A stretch of DNA of 64,000 nucleotides. Source: Nitrosopumilus sp. Lineage in GTDB: Archaea > Thermoproteota > Nitrososphaeria > Nitrososphaerales > Nitrosopumilaceae. Made by a program: the position numbers and the translations under genes. The stretch is from positions 128,001 to 192,000 of the forward strand of contig OZ241981.1 of NCBI GenBank assembly GCA_965204345.1. Reading direction: 5' to 3'. The stretch's first letter is position 1. The number at the start of each line of letters is the position of its first letter. This document shows, in pieces, positions 51,948 through 62,607 of the stretch. The notes beneath the pieces are model-generated. The model was not told the DNA's origin. It was given only the letters and a program-made list of their open reading frames with translations, and did no database searches.

Positions 51948-52007
51948 ATGCAAGGATACAGAGCTAATGGCCAAATGGAATAGCCTTGTTCTGTGATGTC
52001 CACTATT
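51899..52007. repeat. 38-bp perfect direct repeat around a 33-nt insert
   Basis: gccaaatggaatagccttgttctgtgatgtccactatt at 51899-51936 and 51970-52007. Confidence 0.97.
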
Positions 52008-54648
52008 TGCTGCAATAGCTAAAAACATCAAAGAATTCCTTTGCACCATTTTTAGTCAATTCCTTATTTTTTGTTTGGCAATAGTTTGTAGTAAATGTGC
52101 ACTTTGGACAACCTCCCCAAACTTTTTGGTCTGCCTGTGTTTTATCTGCTGGACAGTCACAATCCCTTAACAAAGAAAGCCCTGCGGCCAATATTTTTTC
52201 AAATTCATCATAGATTATTTTACTGCACCCATTAAATCCGTCTGATGAGTTATCATAAAGGTAAATCACTCCATTTTCATAGTATGCATCAATATCACTT
52301 GATTCTGATTTTGTTAAAATTTTGCTTGCGTTCACTAGCATGTGTGTGATGGTATGCATCCTGGGATCACCGGCTATGGGATTTTTGGAGTCTGCTGCTG
52401 CCTTTGATATGAATTCTGCTGGTATCGTTACACTGGTTGCCGAGTGTCTTGATTTCCAATGAAAATTCCTCCATCCCGATATGCTGCTGCCATTATGCCT
52501 GGTAAATTTATCTGCTGATTCATTATAGTTTCCCTTCATGTATCCTGTAATTGTTCTATCCAGTGAAATTATTCCATACCGCAAAGATATTTTTTTATTC
52601 TTTACATTAATCTCCCTGTGCCTTGTTTTGCCTTCTGATGTCTGAATAACTGCCGTTCTGAGAATTGGAAATGTCTTCTTTCCCCTCTCACTTGATCTTA
52701 TCAGATATGCCCTTGCCCCATTTTGTGATTTTATTAACGAGCTTACTTCATAATTCTGCTTGTTAAAATGATACATTGCCTTTTGATGTAACTGATAGTA
52801 CCCTGCAGGTACTGCCCTGGTTCCAATTTTCATTGAATTATGGTATATGGAAATCTCGCCTGATGCCCCTCGCAAATTAACACTGTTTGCAAAATCAAAA
52901 AATTGGGATTTGTCTGATGTTGCCGCTGCCTCATCTTCAATTTCGACGGATTCTGCATGCCTCTCTGCGATTATCGGATTCCTCTTGTTGATTGGAACGA
53001 TGTGATCCTGTTTTAGATACTCATCAATATGGCGTGCAAAATAATGACAAGCTGCATCTTCTGGATCAAAGACGCAGATGGCATATGATTCCTGTCCCAT
53101 GCGTCCTGCCCTTCCGATTCTTTGAACAAACGAGTCAAATTCGTTTTTGAATGCAGAAATTACTACATCCACATGCCCTATGTCAATTCCCAACTCTAGC
53201 GTCGGCGTACATGACAAAACATCCAAGTCTCCTGCCTTCATTTGGGACTCGTACATTTTTCTGTCCCTTTGATCCAGCCCTCCTCTGTGAATCTGAATTC
53301 GTATCCCTTTGTTTGCTGTTTCCATATTTGATGCCAGAAATTCTGCGTCATTGTGTGAATTGCTAAAAACCAGCTGTGTTGAATTATTCCTGTGGCAGAT
53401 GGATGATAGCATTTCCATGGTTGTTCTTTGCCTGAACTTCCTAGGCATGATAAAAAACATGTGCATGTTTTGTTTTCGCCGAAACTTACTTTTGATATAC
53501 CTAAACGAGTCCTCAGGCAGATCAAACATGCTGGAAAAAAATTCCTTTGAATTATCCAGCGTTGCAGACGAGCCTACAAACTGCACCTTGCCCATGAATC
53601 TTTTCATTCTTTTTAGAACATGATATACGTTTGATCCGTGAAAACTCGTATACGAATGTGCTTCATCCATGACAATTATTTTTGCATTTTTGAATAACTC
53701 GTTCCATTTTTTATCCTGCAGTATTAAATGATAATTAATAAAATCAAAATTCGTTGCAATGATTAGAGCCTTTTTGCCAGACTCCAAAATCACCATGTCT
53801 TTGTATTCTGTACTCTGGCCTCCGTGAATTGAATATGCTGAAACCCTGTCTCCAAGATCACATTTTTGAATCAGGTCGGATATTTTTGAGATCTGATCAT
53901 CAATTAACGCATTTGATGGATATACCAGCAATGTGAATACTCCTGATGCTGAATTTTCTGTGATTTTTTGCAGTATTGGGATTGCAAATGCTTCTGTTTT
54001 TCCAGATCCTGTGGGCGCTGAAATTATTGTATCCCCTCCACTTAGAATTGCTTTGATGGATTCCTCCTGAAATGGGAGTACCCCTGCAAAGCCATATTTT
54101 TCTAGACCCTTTATGATATTCTCAGATAAGATGTCTCTGAGATTTGCAATTGGAATTTTTTCAGACTCTGAAGCAACTAATCGCTCATAATGGATTAATG
54201 CCAGGGATTCCTCTTTGTGGCCTTGAATTATCTCTCTAATTATGTAGTTATTATCAACTAGTGATTTTGGAATCTTGCTAATATCAAAAAGAATATCCTG
54301 AGGAATTAAAATTTTGGGTGCCGGATCTTTAGTTTTTGTTTTCACATGTTTTTTAATTTCATCTGGAAAGTATTCTGCTGATTCGCCGGAGACTGTGCAT
54401 TGATGGGGCTCATCTGTTCTTGAATCAATGGGGATAAATTTTCCACTATCTGATTTGAACCTCTCATCCCAGTAAATCTCTGCCCCGCATCCTTTGGAAC
54501 ACTGTTTTGTTCTTCCTGAATAGTTTACTCCATATGTTGGAGCTTTTACCATGATTTTTTCAGGATTGCACTTGGGACATATTCTCGGAGATCCTACATC
54601 CTCATGGCTTTGAACCAGTCTTGTATCACAGTCAAAACAAAATTTCAT
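52003..54648 (-). CDS. DEAH-box SF2 helicase with C-terminal DUF1998 (MrfA/Hrq1-like) and N-terminal Zn ribbons
   Basis: APTGSGKT, DEAH, TLELGIDIG, QRIGRAGR, YLYD...G...CDC...GCPKC. Confidence 0.92.
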   Translation of the reverse strand: MKFCFDCDTRLVQSHEDVGSPRICPKCNPEKIMVKAPTYGVNYSGRTKQCSKGCGAEIYWDERFKSDSGKFIPIDSRTDEPHQCTVSGESAEYFPDEIKKHVKTKTKDPAPKILIPQDILFDISKIPKSLVDNNYIIREIIQGHKEESLALIHYERLVASESEKIPIANLRDILSENIIKGLEKYGFAGVLPFQEESIKAILSGGDTIISAPTGSGKTEAFAIPILQKITENSASGVFTLLVYPSNALIDDQISKISDLIQKCDLGDRVSAYSIHGGQSTEYKDMVILESGKKALIIATNFDFINYHLILQDKKWNELFKNAKIIVMDEAHSYTSFHGSNVYHVLKRMKRFMGKVQFVGSSATLDNSKEFFSSMFDLPEDSFRYIKSKFRRKQNMHMFFIMPRKFRQRTTMEMLSSICHRNNSTQLVFSNSHNDAEFLASNMETANKGIRIQIHRGGLDQRDRKMYESQMKAGDLDVLSCTPTLELGIDIGHVDVVISAFKNEFDSFVQRIGRAGRMGQESYAICVFDPEDAACHYFARHIDEYLKQDHIVPINKRNPIIAERHAESVEIEDEAAATSDKSQFFDFANSVNLRGASGEISIYHNSMKIGTRAVPAGYYQLHQKAMYHFNKQNYEVSSLIKSQNGARAYLIRSSERGKKTFPILRTAVIQTSEGKTRHREINVKNKKISLRYGIISLDRTITGYMKGNYNESADKFTRHNGSSISGWRNFHWKSRHSATSVTIPAEFISKAAADSKNPIAGDPRMHTITHMLVNASKILTKSESSDIDAYYENGVIYLYDNSSDGFNGCSKIIYDEFEKILAAGLSLLRDCDCPADKTQADQKVWGGCPKCTFTTNYCQTKNKELTKNGAKEFFDVFSYCSK

Positions 54649-54914
54649 GAATATGATTTAGATCAATTTGCCTTTAATGAACATATGATATTATATGATT
54701 ACCTTTTGATGCCTAGAATATCAAATATGCTTAAACTTGTATCTGTATCCTCTCAGGACGCATTTGGAGAGGACCGTCACCTTCATCAATATTTACAGCT
54801 GGGGGTTGCAGCCAGTACAGCATCATATTTGACAAATTCTGATTACCTAATCGCTGGAATTTAACATCAGGTTCTCAGATGTGATTTTCTTAAAAATTAC
54901 CTGGACTATACGAC

Positions 54915-55210
54915 ACTGGCAAATTCCGGCGTCCTCTGCATGAATCACCCAGGAAATCTCTGTGTTGCACTGGGATTTTTTGATGATTACCGCAGTATGT
55001 TGTGTTCTTTGAGAATATGTTCAGTCCAGAAACAAGAAGACAACGCCTAACTGCCAAGCCATATTTACAAAATATCATAGACTTGAATCAAATGACTTCA
55101 TTCTAAAATCCTGAAAATGCCAAACTAGGAAAGAAAGATCAAAGCGGCAAAATTTAGGTACAAAACCACTGATTTTATTAAACAAAATAGAGTAAAACAT
55201 ACAATAAACA
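54915..55210 (+). repeat. dispersed repeat copy
   Basis: collinear with 15751-16090. Confidence 0.7.
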
Positions 55211-56539
55211 GATGTTTGTGTGTGATATTATGGGATTTATGAAGACCTTAGGAAAGTTTTGCATTATGAAAAAAGTTCGTGATAAATCCAACGAACCTGA
55301 AGAAAAATAATCCTATTTTTTTAAAAAAAATCAATCTTGAGAAATCTCATGCAATCCATTTTTTGAATGCGTCTGATAACTAAAGTAATGGCAGCAGATG
55401 ATTCTGAGGGGATGAGACTTGCTTAGAGATTAGCCAAGGCTGGCAAACATGATGCAGTTTTACGGGCAATTTCATGTCTCTGAAGAAAAACAACTTTTGC
55501 CGGTTTCATCAGCTCCTGCCGGCCAAATTTTGCCATTGAACTGCTCTTGCAATATGCGATATGGCGTGCGACTCTTTCTGATTACCATAATGTCATATTT
55601 TGCCAATGATAAAACAAAATTTCCCTCAAATTCCCTGCACGAGTATAGCGTAAAATCATCAATCTCTTTATTTGATTTTGTAATGCTTGCAATATTCACT
55701 GATGTCTCAACATCTGCCCTTCTCAGCATCCCTGACTCTGCTTTGCCCTAACACTGGGGACATTGCACCGAATTTTTTGCATCAATGCCGCAAATTGAAA
55801 GTTTCATTAAAATCGACTTTTCGTTCTTACAATCTTGTTTATATAATTGGTGTAAAATACTGGTTAATTGCTTTTATTGAGCAATGGCATTTCTGCAAGA
55901 AAATAATTACTCTCTATGGATAACGCTCCATCACATTGACATAGCTTGCATTTTCCATTGACAATTTGTGAGTTTCTGCCTGCTGTGATTGTGTGGTTTG
56001 TAAGTGAATGCTCACATTTAGAACAGACACTTTTTTGTTCCACGCCAATTCAGACTCTTATAGTCTCCATACTGTCTTCTTGTTGTTAAATTTTTGTTGT
56101 CATATCTTGTACTGTTGCTTCTTGGATAGCGGTTTGCTGGGTGCATATGATAGTATCATACCTGGGGTCAAAAAGCGGATTTAATAATTGCTGAGGTGTA
56201 CTTTGGGATTTTTTGATGACTGGATATCTAAGAAAATCATATCTTGACAATTTATTATCAAATTCCAGTAATCAGATCATCAAAATGTACCAAACCCGAA
56301 TTGAACTGTCCTATGAAATGTCTGGGATTTGGAACAGCATGAAATTTATTATTACATTCTTTGCACTTGTGCTCTTGATTGCCAAAATCAGGAATTTCTT
56401 GAAAGGCTTGAAACTGCTGAAATAATGTTTATGGACAATAAAAAAAATTGATATGCATTGTAAATTGCTTGAAAAAGAAGCATGCCGTAACTCAATATAA
56501 CTGCTTAAATAACGAAAGCACATAGGGGTTGATAATAAC

Positions 56540-56818
56540 ATGAACAAAAATACAAAAACTATGCCGTTCGCTTCTTTGATTGCTGCAATGATTCTTCCTT
56601 TCTCAGTAATCAATTATGCGCAAGCAGAACAGCAGGGAGGTGTGATATGTGACCCTGACATATCAGAGTCAGAATGCATAGAAAACGCTCCAACTTATTC
56701 AATTGACGGTATATCGCTTATTGAATTGGTACCTTTCATTCCGTTATTTGTGGTAATAACTGTCTCCATTCTTATCATTGTTTTATATTTGATAAAAATC
56801 AAGTATGATAATGGCTAA
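56540..56818 (+). CDS. small membrane-anchored secreted protein
   Basis: FASLIAAMILPFS...AQA signal, two Cys, C-terminal TM helix. Confidence 0.6.
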   Translation: MNKNTKTMPFASLIAAMILPFSVINYAQAEQQGGVICDPDISESECIENAPTYSIDGISLIELVPFIPLFVVITVSILIIVLYLIKIKYDNG

Positions 56819-56829
56819 TGATAATTCAA

Positions 56830-56905
56830 AACGTAAAATTTTATGCCTAAATTCCGTCACTTTAATTCTTTTCTAGTTTAGTGGACTTGAAAAGTCTCTA
56901 AGATT
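56830..56905 (-). repeat. dispersed repeat copy (short)
   Basis: reverse complement ctaaactagaaaagaattaaagtgacggaatttaggcataaaatt. Confidence 0.65.
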
Positions 56906-57100
56906 AAACAGTACAGGATATCAAGATTTTCTGCTTTAGATCATGCATTTTTGACAGACACAACATTTCATAGTATATAGGACACCTGATCAGAGGCAGC
57001 TAGGATAAAACGCATGAGAATGTTCGTCTGGCTTGTGTGAATGAGAGTTCATTCACACTAGTACCAAGTTCATCCAAGCATAATATTACAAAATTGGGTC

Positions 57101-57565
57101 TTGGCCACAATTAAAAAATTATTAGTCAAATTATTCTCCTTTCTTATTGTGCCATTAGACAAAATGCCCAATTCTGAAGAGTTTATTCCAACCCATAATT
57201 CACTAATTTTACACATAAAAGGCAAGCCGGTGGCATGCATAATTGACAAAAGCATTCAAAACAGATCCAAATTTGATTCTGCAAGTAGCGATTCCATGCT
57301 TAAGGCTAGTCTTGTCGGATTTTTAAATAAACATGACGATTTGGGGCTGTTGATGGGTTTCAAATTAAAAATTCAAATTAATGATGATCTTTTTGAGTAC
57401 ACTGTATATCCAGATGATGAGCTTATAGACACTGTAATCTTTAACGAATCCGTATTCATAGTTAATGATAAGCTTGAAAATCTTTTTTCTTTAAAAAAGA
57501 TAGTCACTGATCAGCTTGTAAAAACCAGATCAGAATTTAATAAATTTAAAAAATTAATTAGCTGA
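57101..57565 (+). CDS. conserved hypothetical protein (start may be MPNSEE at 57164)
   Basis: protein-like ORF with host-like composition. Confidence 0.65.
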   Translation: MATIKKLLVKLFSFLIVPLDKMPNSEEFIPTHNSLILHIKGKPVACIIDKSIQNRSKFDSASSDSMLKASLVGFLNKHDDLGLLMGFKLKIQINDDLFEYTVYPDDELIDTVIFNESVFIVNDKLENLFSLKKIVTDQLVKTRSEFNKFKKLIS

Positions 57566-57986
57566 TCTTCTTTATTTCAGATCATTTAACAACCCCTTTT
57601 TATGTAAAATTTCCAGTGATAACTTTTTTTACGAATGCTAAAAGCTAGAAAACCTGCTCTTTTGGACCGTGGGATGGACTTGGTATCAAACAAAATTTGA
57701 TAATGTCTGCCCGTCAATTAGTAGAGTTTTGTCTGCTATTGCACCAGAACATAAAAAATGGACTAGCAATGTGGAGAGAAAATGAACCTGTCCATGAACA
57801 TTACCAAACAGGCTCAAAATACTGGAATGCAATCTCATAAAATTAGTGAGAGGATATTTGTCTAATTATCCTTAGAATAGTTTGTTCTGCTACCTATTGC
57901 ACAATTAGGCAGTCATTAGTTGGCAGTGAAAATAACAAGGCAGAAACTTGTCAAAACATGTCTCTTGAAATTTTGGCAGCTGATCT

Positions 57987-58337
57987 TCAGTTATCCCACG
58001 TTGGCTGGGATTTTAGCCACGTAATCAAATCCATATACAGGCTGCTTTTGCTCATGTTTAGAACCCCTATCTCCAGATTTGTTGAGGATTTGACTGTTTT
58101 TGTATAACTTTTATATTTTGCAAAAATTATCTTATCTAAAAACATCTCATTTTGCATCTCTTTTTTAGCCAGTTCCTCAGATTCTGTCATTGCAAAACTA
58201 GCAAACAGTACGCCATCGGCCCAATACGCATTGGCAGCTTCAAGTGACGACATCATTCCGATGAGATCATCCAAGCTTAGTTTAATGATGTCTCTGACGT
58301 AAATTTTATCATATGGCTTGTGAACAAACTCTGTCAT
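57987..58337 (-). CDS. conserved archaeal hypothetical protein
   Basis: YWADGVLF motif, intact ORF. Confidence 0.7.
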   Translation of the reverse strand: MTEFVHKPYDKIYVRDIIKLSLDDLIGMMSSLEAANAYWADGVLFASFAMTESEELAKKEMQNEMFLDKIIFAKYKSYTKTVKSSTNLEIGVLNMSKSSLYMDLITWLKSQPTWDN

Positions 58338-58407
58338 GAAACTGCCTTCTCTTATCGTCTAATGAACATTATGGAAATCTTATATCTAGTTTTTATACAA
58401 AATTATT

Positions 58408-58641
58408 ATGGATGACATGGATGGTGCCCCTAACTACGATCTATTTGTAACAGATTTTCCAAAAAAAGGTTTTGGGATTGTTGACTATCTTCAGGGCAGG
58501 GTGCATTTTGCCCTGCTTGATCAAATCAAACTCATGTCCAAATCTGGTATGGGCAAGCCTGAAATTAAAGAAACGATACTTGCAAATATTGCTCAAATTA
58601 TAGATAACTTTGAACCCGAAAAACAATCAAATAATTCTTGA
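58408..58641 (+). CDS. small hypothetical protein
   Basis: ATG after TATA-like ttatat; divergent from 58337 gene. Confidence 0.55.
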   Translation: MDDMDGAPNYDLFVTDFPKKGFGIVDYLQGRVHFALLDQIKLMSKSGMGKPEIKETILANIAQIIDNFEPEKQSNNS

Positions 58642-59009
58642 TTCCATTTTAACTGACTCTGCCATAACTATCTTGTGGCATTGGCAGTGGCAATTTGTGT
58701 GCGGCAAATCACTGTTCATTCTGTATTTGCATTCTTTGGTGTGCTCTGTATTCAATTTTTTTGATTCCTACTGGGCATCTGTTGCTGATGATTTGCATTC
58801 AAAATACTCTGTCAATGACTTGCTAAAATTTTCCAATAATTGATGATCCTTGAAATTCGAATCTTCAAGCAGCTTCCAGTTTTTTTCGATTGATTCTTTT
58901 AGAACAAATAATGTCCTTTTATCGTCACAATGCATGTTGCTGTCATCTTAATACGGCATTTAATATTTATTTTCGACATGTTTAATTATCAAAAATATAG
59001 TTTGATATC

Positions 59010-59530
59010 ATGCCAAAGACCGAATACGAATCAGGATTGTTTCAAAGATTGATAAAGATGATGTAATTGGCAAGAGACTAGGAGCCATATTATCAGAGTT
59101 GAAAATAGGTGATACTGTCACTACAAAATCACTTTTTTGCAGGCACAAGGACATTCTTGGATTTAAAAATGACAGGTCTATTATCTGTCACATTTCAAGC
59201 GCACTAAAAATTGCATGCAAATCAAAAAAGATTCAAAGAACAAATGATTTTGGGCCTTCCCCATGATTCAAAAGTCTGGATACCGTGTCCTTTTGGACAT
59301 CACAGCTCTGCGAAAGCAAATTCAAGAATCATGACAGAACCGCCACCAATATCTGCTGTACCCAAACAATGTACCTGTATCACATAGGAAGTTCAACATG
59401 TGGGTGTCTAAAAGAGAATTTGCAATAAATATGCTCCAGGCTGTCAGTGATAACACATTTGCGCAAAAGACAGAACAAAAGAAATTTGAGAATGGGAATC
59501 CCTGCTAAAACTTTTGGAGCGGCGGTTCTG
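59010..59530 (+). pseudogene. fragmented gene resembling the N-terminus of thaumarchaeal tyrosine recombinases
   Basis: frame-broken IRIVSKID...LDTVSFWTSQL...TQTMYLYH..KFNMWVSKREF; recalled similarity only, no catalytic motif seen. Confidence 0.4.
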
Positions 59531-59930
59531 TTGCATTCATGAGGGATAGACACGAATCTGTTTGATCGCACAAGTTTTAATCAAGACCTACAAGCGGCAC
59601 TGATAAATTCCAGTGATCAGATCATCGAAACTTGCCAGAATTGTCCGTTGCATTTACCGTGTTCATCTTAAAATCATCAAGATTTGCTTTGATGTGGCTG
59701 TTTCCTCTAGTTCCTTGATCAATGCCGGAGAAATAATCTCTCACTGCATTAAATGAACATCAGCTTGAAAATCAGAAAACGCCCCAAGATTCAAGTGTAC
59801 CAAATCTATCTCCCGTGCCTATCCCTCATGAACGCAGCAGAACCCCTGTGCATGTGCTAGTCACTGCTTCTTTAGCATCCAATCCCTTGCTAGAATTCTT
59901 CTAAAAAGTCCCGAGTCCCAATCCCCTTTT

Positions 59931-60395
59931 TTACTGGGAATTTGCAGTTTTCTCATAATAGTATTCTTGCTTCTTCAAGTCTTTTTCTGATATGATTCTG
60001 CATTTTCTCATTGGAACCAATCGTGAAATTTGCTCATACGTATTCATGTCTCTGACATCTGCGGCATATGCAATTTGCAGTAATGGTGATTTTTCTTCAA
60101 TCATCGGCTTTGCCTGCTCATATCCCCCGCTCTGCCTCATGCCTGTCCTGAACAGCCCTGCCTGCTTCTCACTTTTTGATATCTGTGGATCTTGGTAGCA
60201 GCATATTGCAAATTCACCACTGTCTTTTTCAATAATTGTCAATCTTGTGAACTTGTCACTCCAGACCTCTATCTCTTTGGCAATTGATACTGCCTCATTT
60301 TTATCTTCAAATACTGTAGATATCACCAATCTGTCTTTTTCATATGCCCATGAAATCCCATAAAAATTACTGTGCCACTTGATCTCAAAGGACAT
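59931..60395 (-). CDS. hypothetical protein
   Basis: 154-aa intact ORF with ATG start. Confidence 0.7.
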   Translation of the reverse strand: MSFEIKWHSNFYGISWAYEKDRLVISTVFEDKNEAVSIAKEIEVWSDKFTRLTIIEKDSGEFAICCYQDPQISKSEKQAGLFRTGMRQSGGYEQAKPMIEEKSPLLQIAYAADVRDMNTYEQISRLVPMRKCRIISEKDLKKQEYYYEKTANSQ

Positions 60396-60836
60396 GAATC
60401 TTTCTCAAAAAATTGACAAATTAATGCTTTCTAATTCTTTATAATTTAGATAAGAAAATGACGGCTGGCACATTTTGTCACGTTTGCATTGTCTGCTTGC
60501 AAACAAATTTTTGAATGCCTTAAGTTTGGATTGGTTTGTTGCCTGTTTTTCTCTTTTTGCAATTTTAAACAGTTTGATCCCAGTTTCTACACTGGTTCAT
60601 TTTAATGCCCGTGACTCGTTTTTCATTAGAGTGACTGGGTTTTTCATGGACACTTTACGTTTTTTGCCTGGATATCATCGGCTTTGCTGGCATATCCCAA
60701 AATCCAATACTACAAATAAAAAGCAGTTGCCCCTTCTTTTTTGGTTGAATTAATTCCTGTTTGGAGCATGGCCCAAGCTTTTATCTGAATGTAATTATCT
60801 TTTGGAATTTTTTGTTTGGAAATCTGCCGTTTTGGC

Positions 60837-60986
60837 TTATTTTTGTTTTTTTAGTAATGCCTCTTCAGGAGTCTTTTCCTTGTTTGATTCCCAATGCCAA
60901 CTGTGATGCTTTCTCCAATGCGTTTCTAGTTCTTCTGTGGTTGGTTCCCTTCCCAGCGGCGTACCACATAGTTTACACTGTATCAT
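60837..60986 (-). CDS. small C2H2-type Zn-finger protein (49 aa; not in ORF track)
   Basis: MIQCKLCGTPLGREPTTEELETHWRKHHSWHWESNKEKTPEEALLKKQK. Confidence 0.75.
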   Translation of the reverse strand: MIQCKLCGTPLGREPTTEELETHWRKHHSWHWESNKEKTPEEALLKKQK

Positions 60987-61090
60987 TTTTTTGCCTTTTT
61001 TGTTTTTTCCTTTCGGACTTGATTATTGGATGACACTGTACTGGAAAGTTTTCATCATCGCTCATTTTGTCTTTCAGGCCAACTATGAAT

Positions 61091-61450
61091 CTAGAGTTTA
61101 TGTGTATTGCCTTTTTTGTGTTTTTTACTTGTATAATTTTTTCTAGTTCCATTTCTGTCTTTTCTTCTCTTCTTTTCCAAACCCATGATCTGATATGTCT
61201 TTCCAATCTCACAGAGTTTCATTTCTCCAGAATGCTCATCGTGAACTGATTCAAACAATCCGCCTGATAGCATTCCTCCAACTAGACTCCATGCAGTATC
61301 CTCAGAAATCTCAAATTTGTATAAAATAGTCGAGAATTTTGTAAAAAAGCCATTTTGTGAATTTCTAATGATGAATTTCTCTATCTTTTGTTCTGTGCTC
61401 AAAACCGGTTCCCGTTTTTTAAAACTTCTAAATGTTTTTCTTTCTGGCAT
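61091..61450 (-). CDS. hypothetical protein, possible winged helix with basic tail
   Basis: intact 119-aa ORF. Confidence 0.7.
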   Translation of the reverse strand: MPERKTFRSFKKREPVLSTEQKIEKFIIRNSQNGFFTKFSTILYKFEISEDTAWSLVGGMLSGGLFESVHDEHSGEMKLCEIGKTYQIMGLEKKRRKDRNGTRKNYTSKKHKKGNTHKL

Positions 61451-62094
61451 CTTTCCTCATTTATCCAAATTATTCAAAAGCATTAAGCGTATCTGGATCA
61501 GCGTATCCTGGCAATATCTGTTCATTGGTTTGGGCTTCATCTTTCTTATCATACTCTCCCTGTAATATTCTTAGATGGATTTCATCTTCTGTTTTACCAT
61601 CTGAAATTCCTGCATTTATATCAAAGTTAGGCCCTGTTGGCAGGTGATTAAACCTTTTTTAAAAAAATTCCTTGCAATCTGTTGCAACTGCCTGTCTGCC
61701 TATTGCAGATGGCAAGAATTGCTCTTCATTCTAAAATTCATGCATACTTTTTCAGTCATTATGCAGACTGACTGGCATTATATTACACCTGCTTGTTTTC
61801 TAACTTTGTTTTACCGTATTTGATACCTGCAATTCGTCTCTGTCTGGCAAATTATCATGGGTTCTTGCAGCTGCATCTCTAATATCTGAATTCTGATGCG
61901 TGTGTTTTGATTTTCAGGGTTCTTCTGCAAACTTCTCCAACTCTGAATATGCCTGTTGCAAATCCTGTCTTTTCATTAGTTTGCCCAAATTTTCATCTTT
62001 CTTTACTTGTGTGCATTGGAGAGAATCACATGTGCTTTTCCAGTATTTTGTTCCAATGTTTTCTATGTTTATGTGTTTAATCTTGCCGATTAGT

Positions 62095-62289
62095 TTATGA
62101 TTTTAAAAATTCAATAGTGCATTCTGCCAATTCCTTTCTTGAGTGTTTTTTTATGTCGTACTTGCAGTTTGGACAGACTCCTGCCTGTTCCTCAGTTAGC
62201 CCCTCCCCCACTTGCTTCATGCAGCATTCCATCAATTCTTCTGACGAGTGAGACTCCATTAAAAGCCTACATGTCGGACATTCTGTCAA
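62095..62289 (-). CDS. small protein with two CPxC...HSxxELxEC repeats
   Basis: CPTC..HSSEELMEC / CPNC..HSRKELAEC. Confidence 0.7.
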   Translation of the reverse strand: MTECPTCRLLMESHSSEELMECCMKQVGEGLTEEQAGVCPNCKYDIKKHSRKELAECTIEFLKS

Positions 62290-62607
62290 CTTGGTATCAT
62301 TTTATGAAAATTTTATTGTTAATAAATTATGTTTGGTTTGAGAATAATCACCATGTAAATTCAGATGAAAGCCTCAAAAATAGGCTAAATTGGGTTTATG
62401 TAAAGTATGTAAAACATACATGTTAGCTTGTATGCTTTACTAGGATTTTTATCGCCATGTTAAACATGATCCAGAAATATAATGTGTTTGCAGCGGGGCA
62501 GGGCATGGCAAGAATATTATAACGAATAAAATATGTGCTAATTTGAGAAATTCAACGATATTGATCAAGCATGGATCTAATTAAAATAATAAAAAATCCC
62601 AAGTCCA

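Noticed and set aside
34808-52007. Calling the repeat-insert-repeat units true CRISPR arrays
   Set aside because: Each has only two copies, the repeats are mutually unrelated coding sequence, and no leader or cas gene is adjacent.
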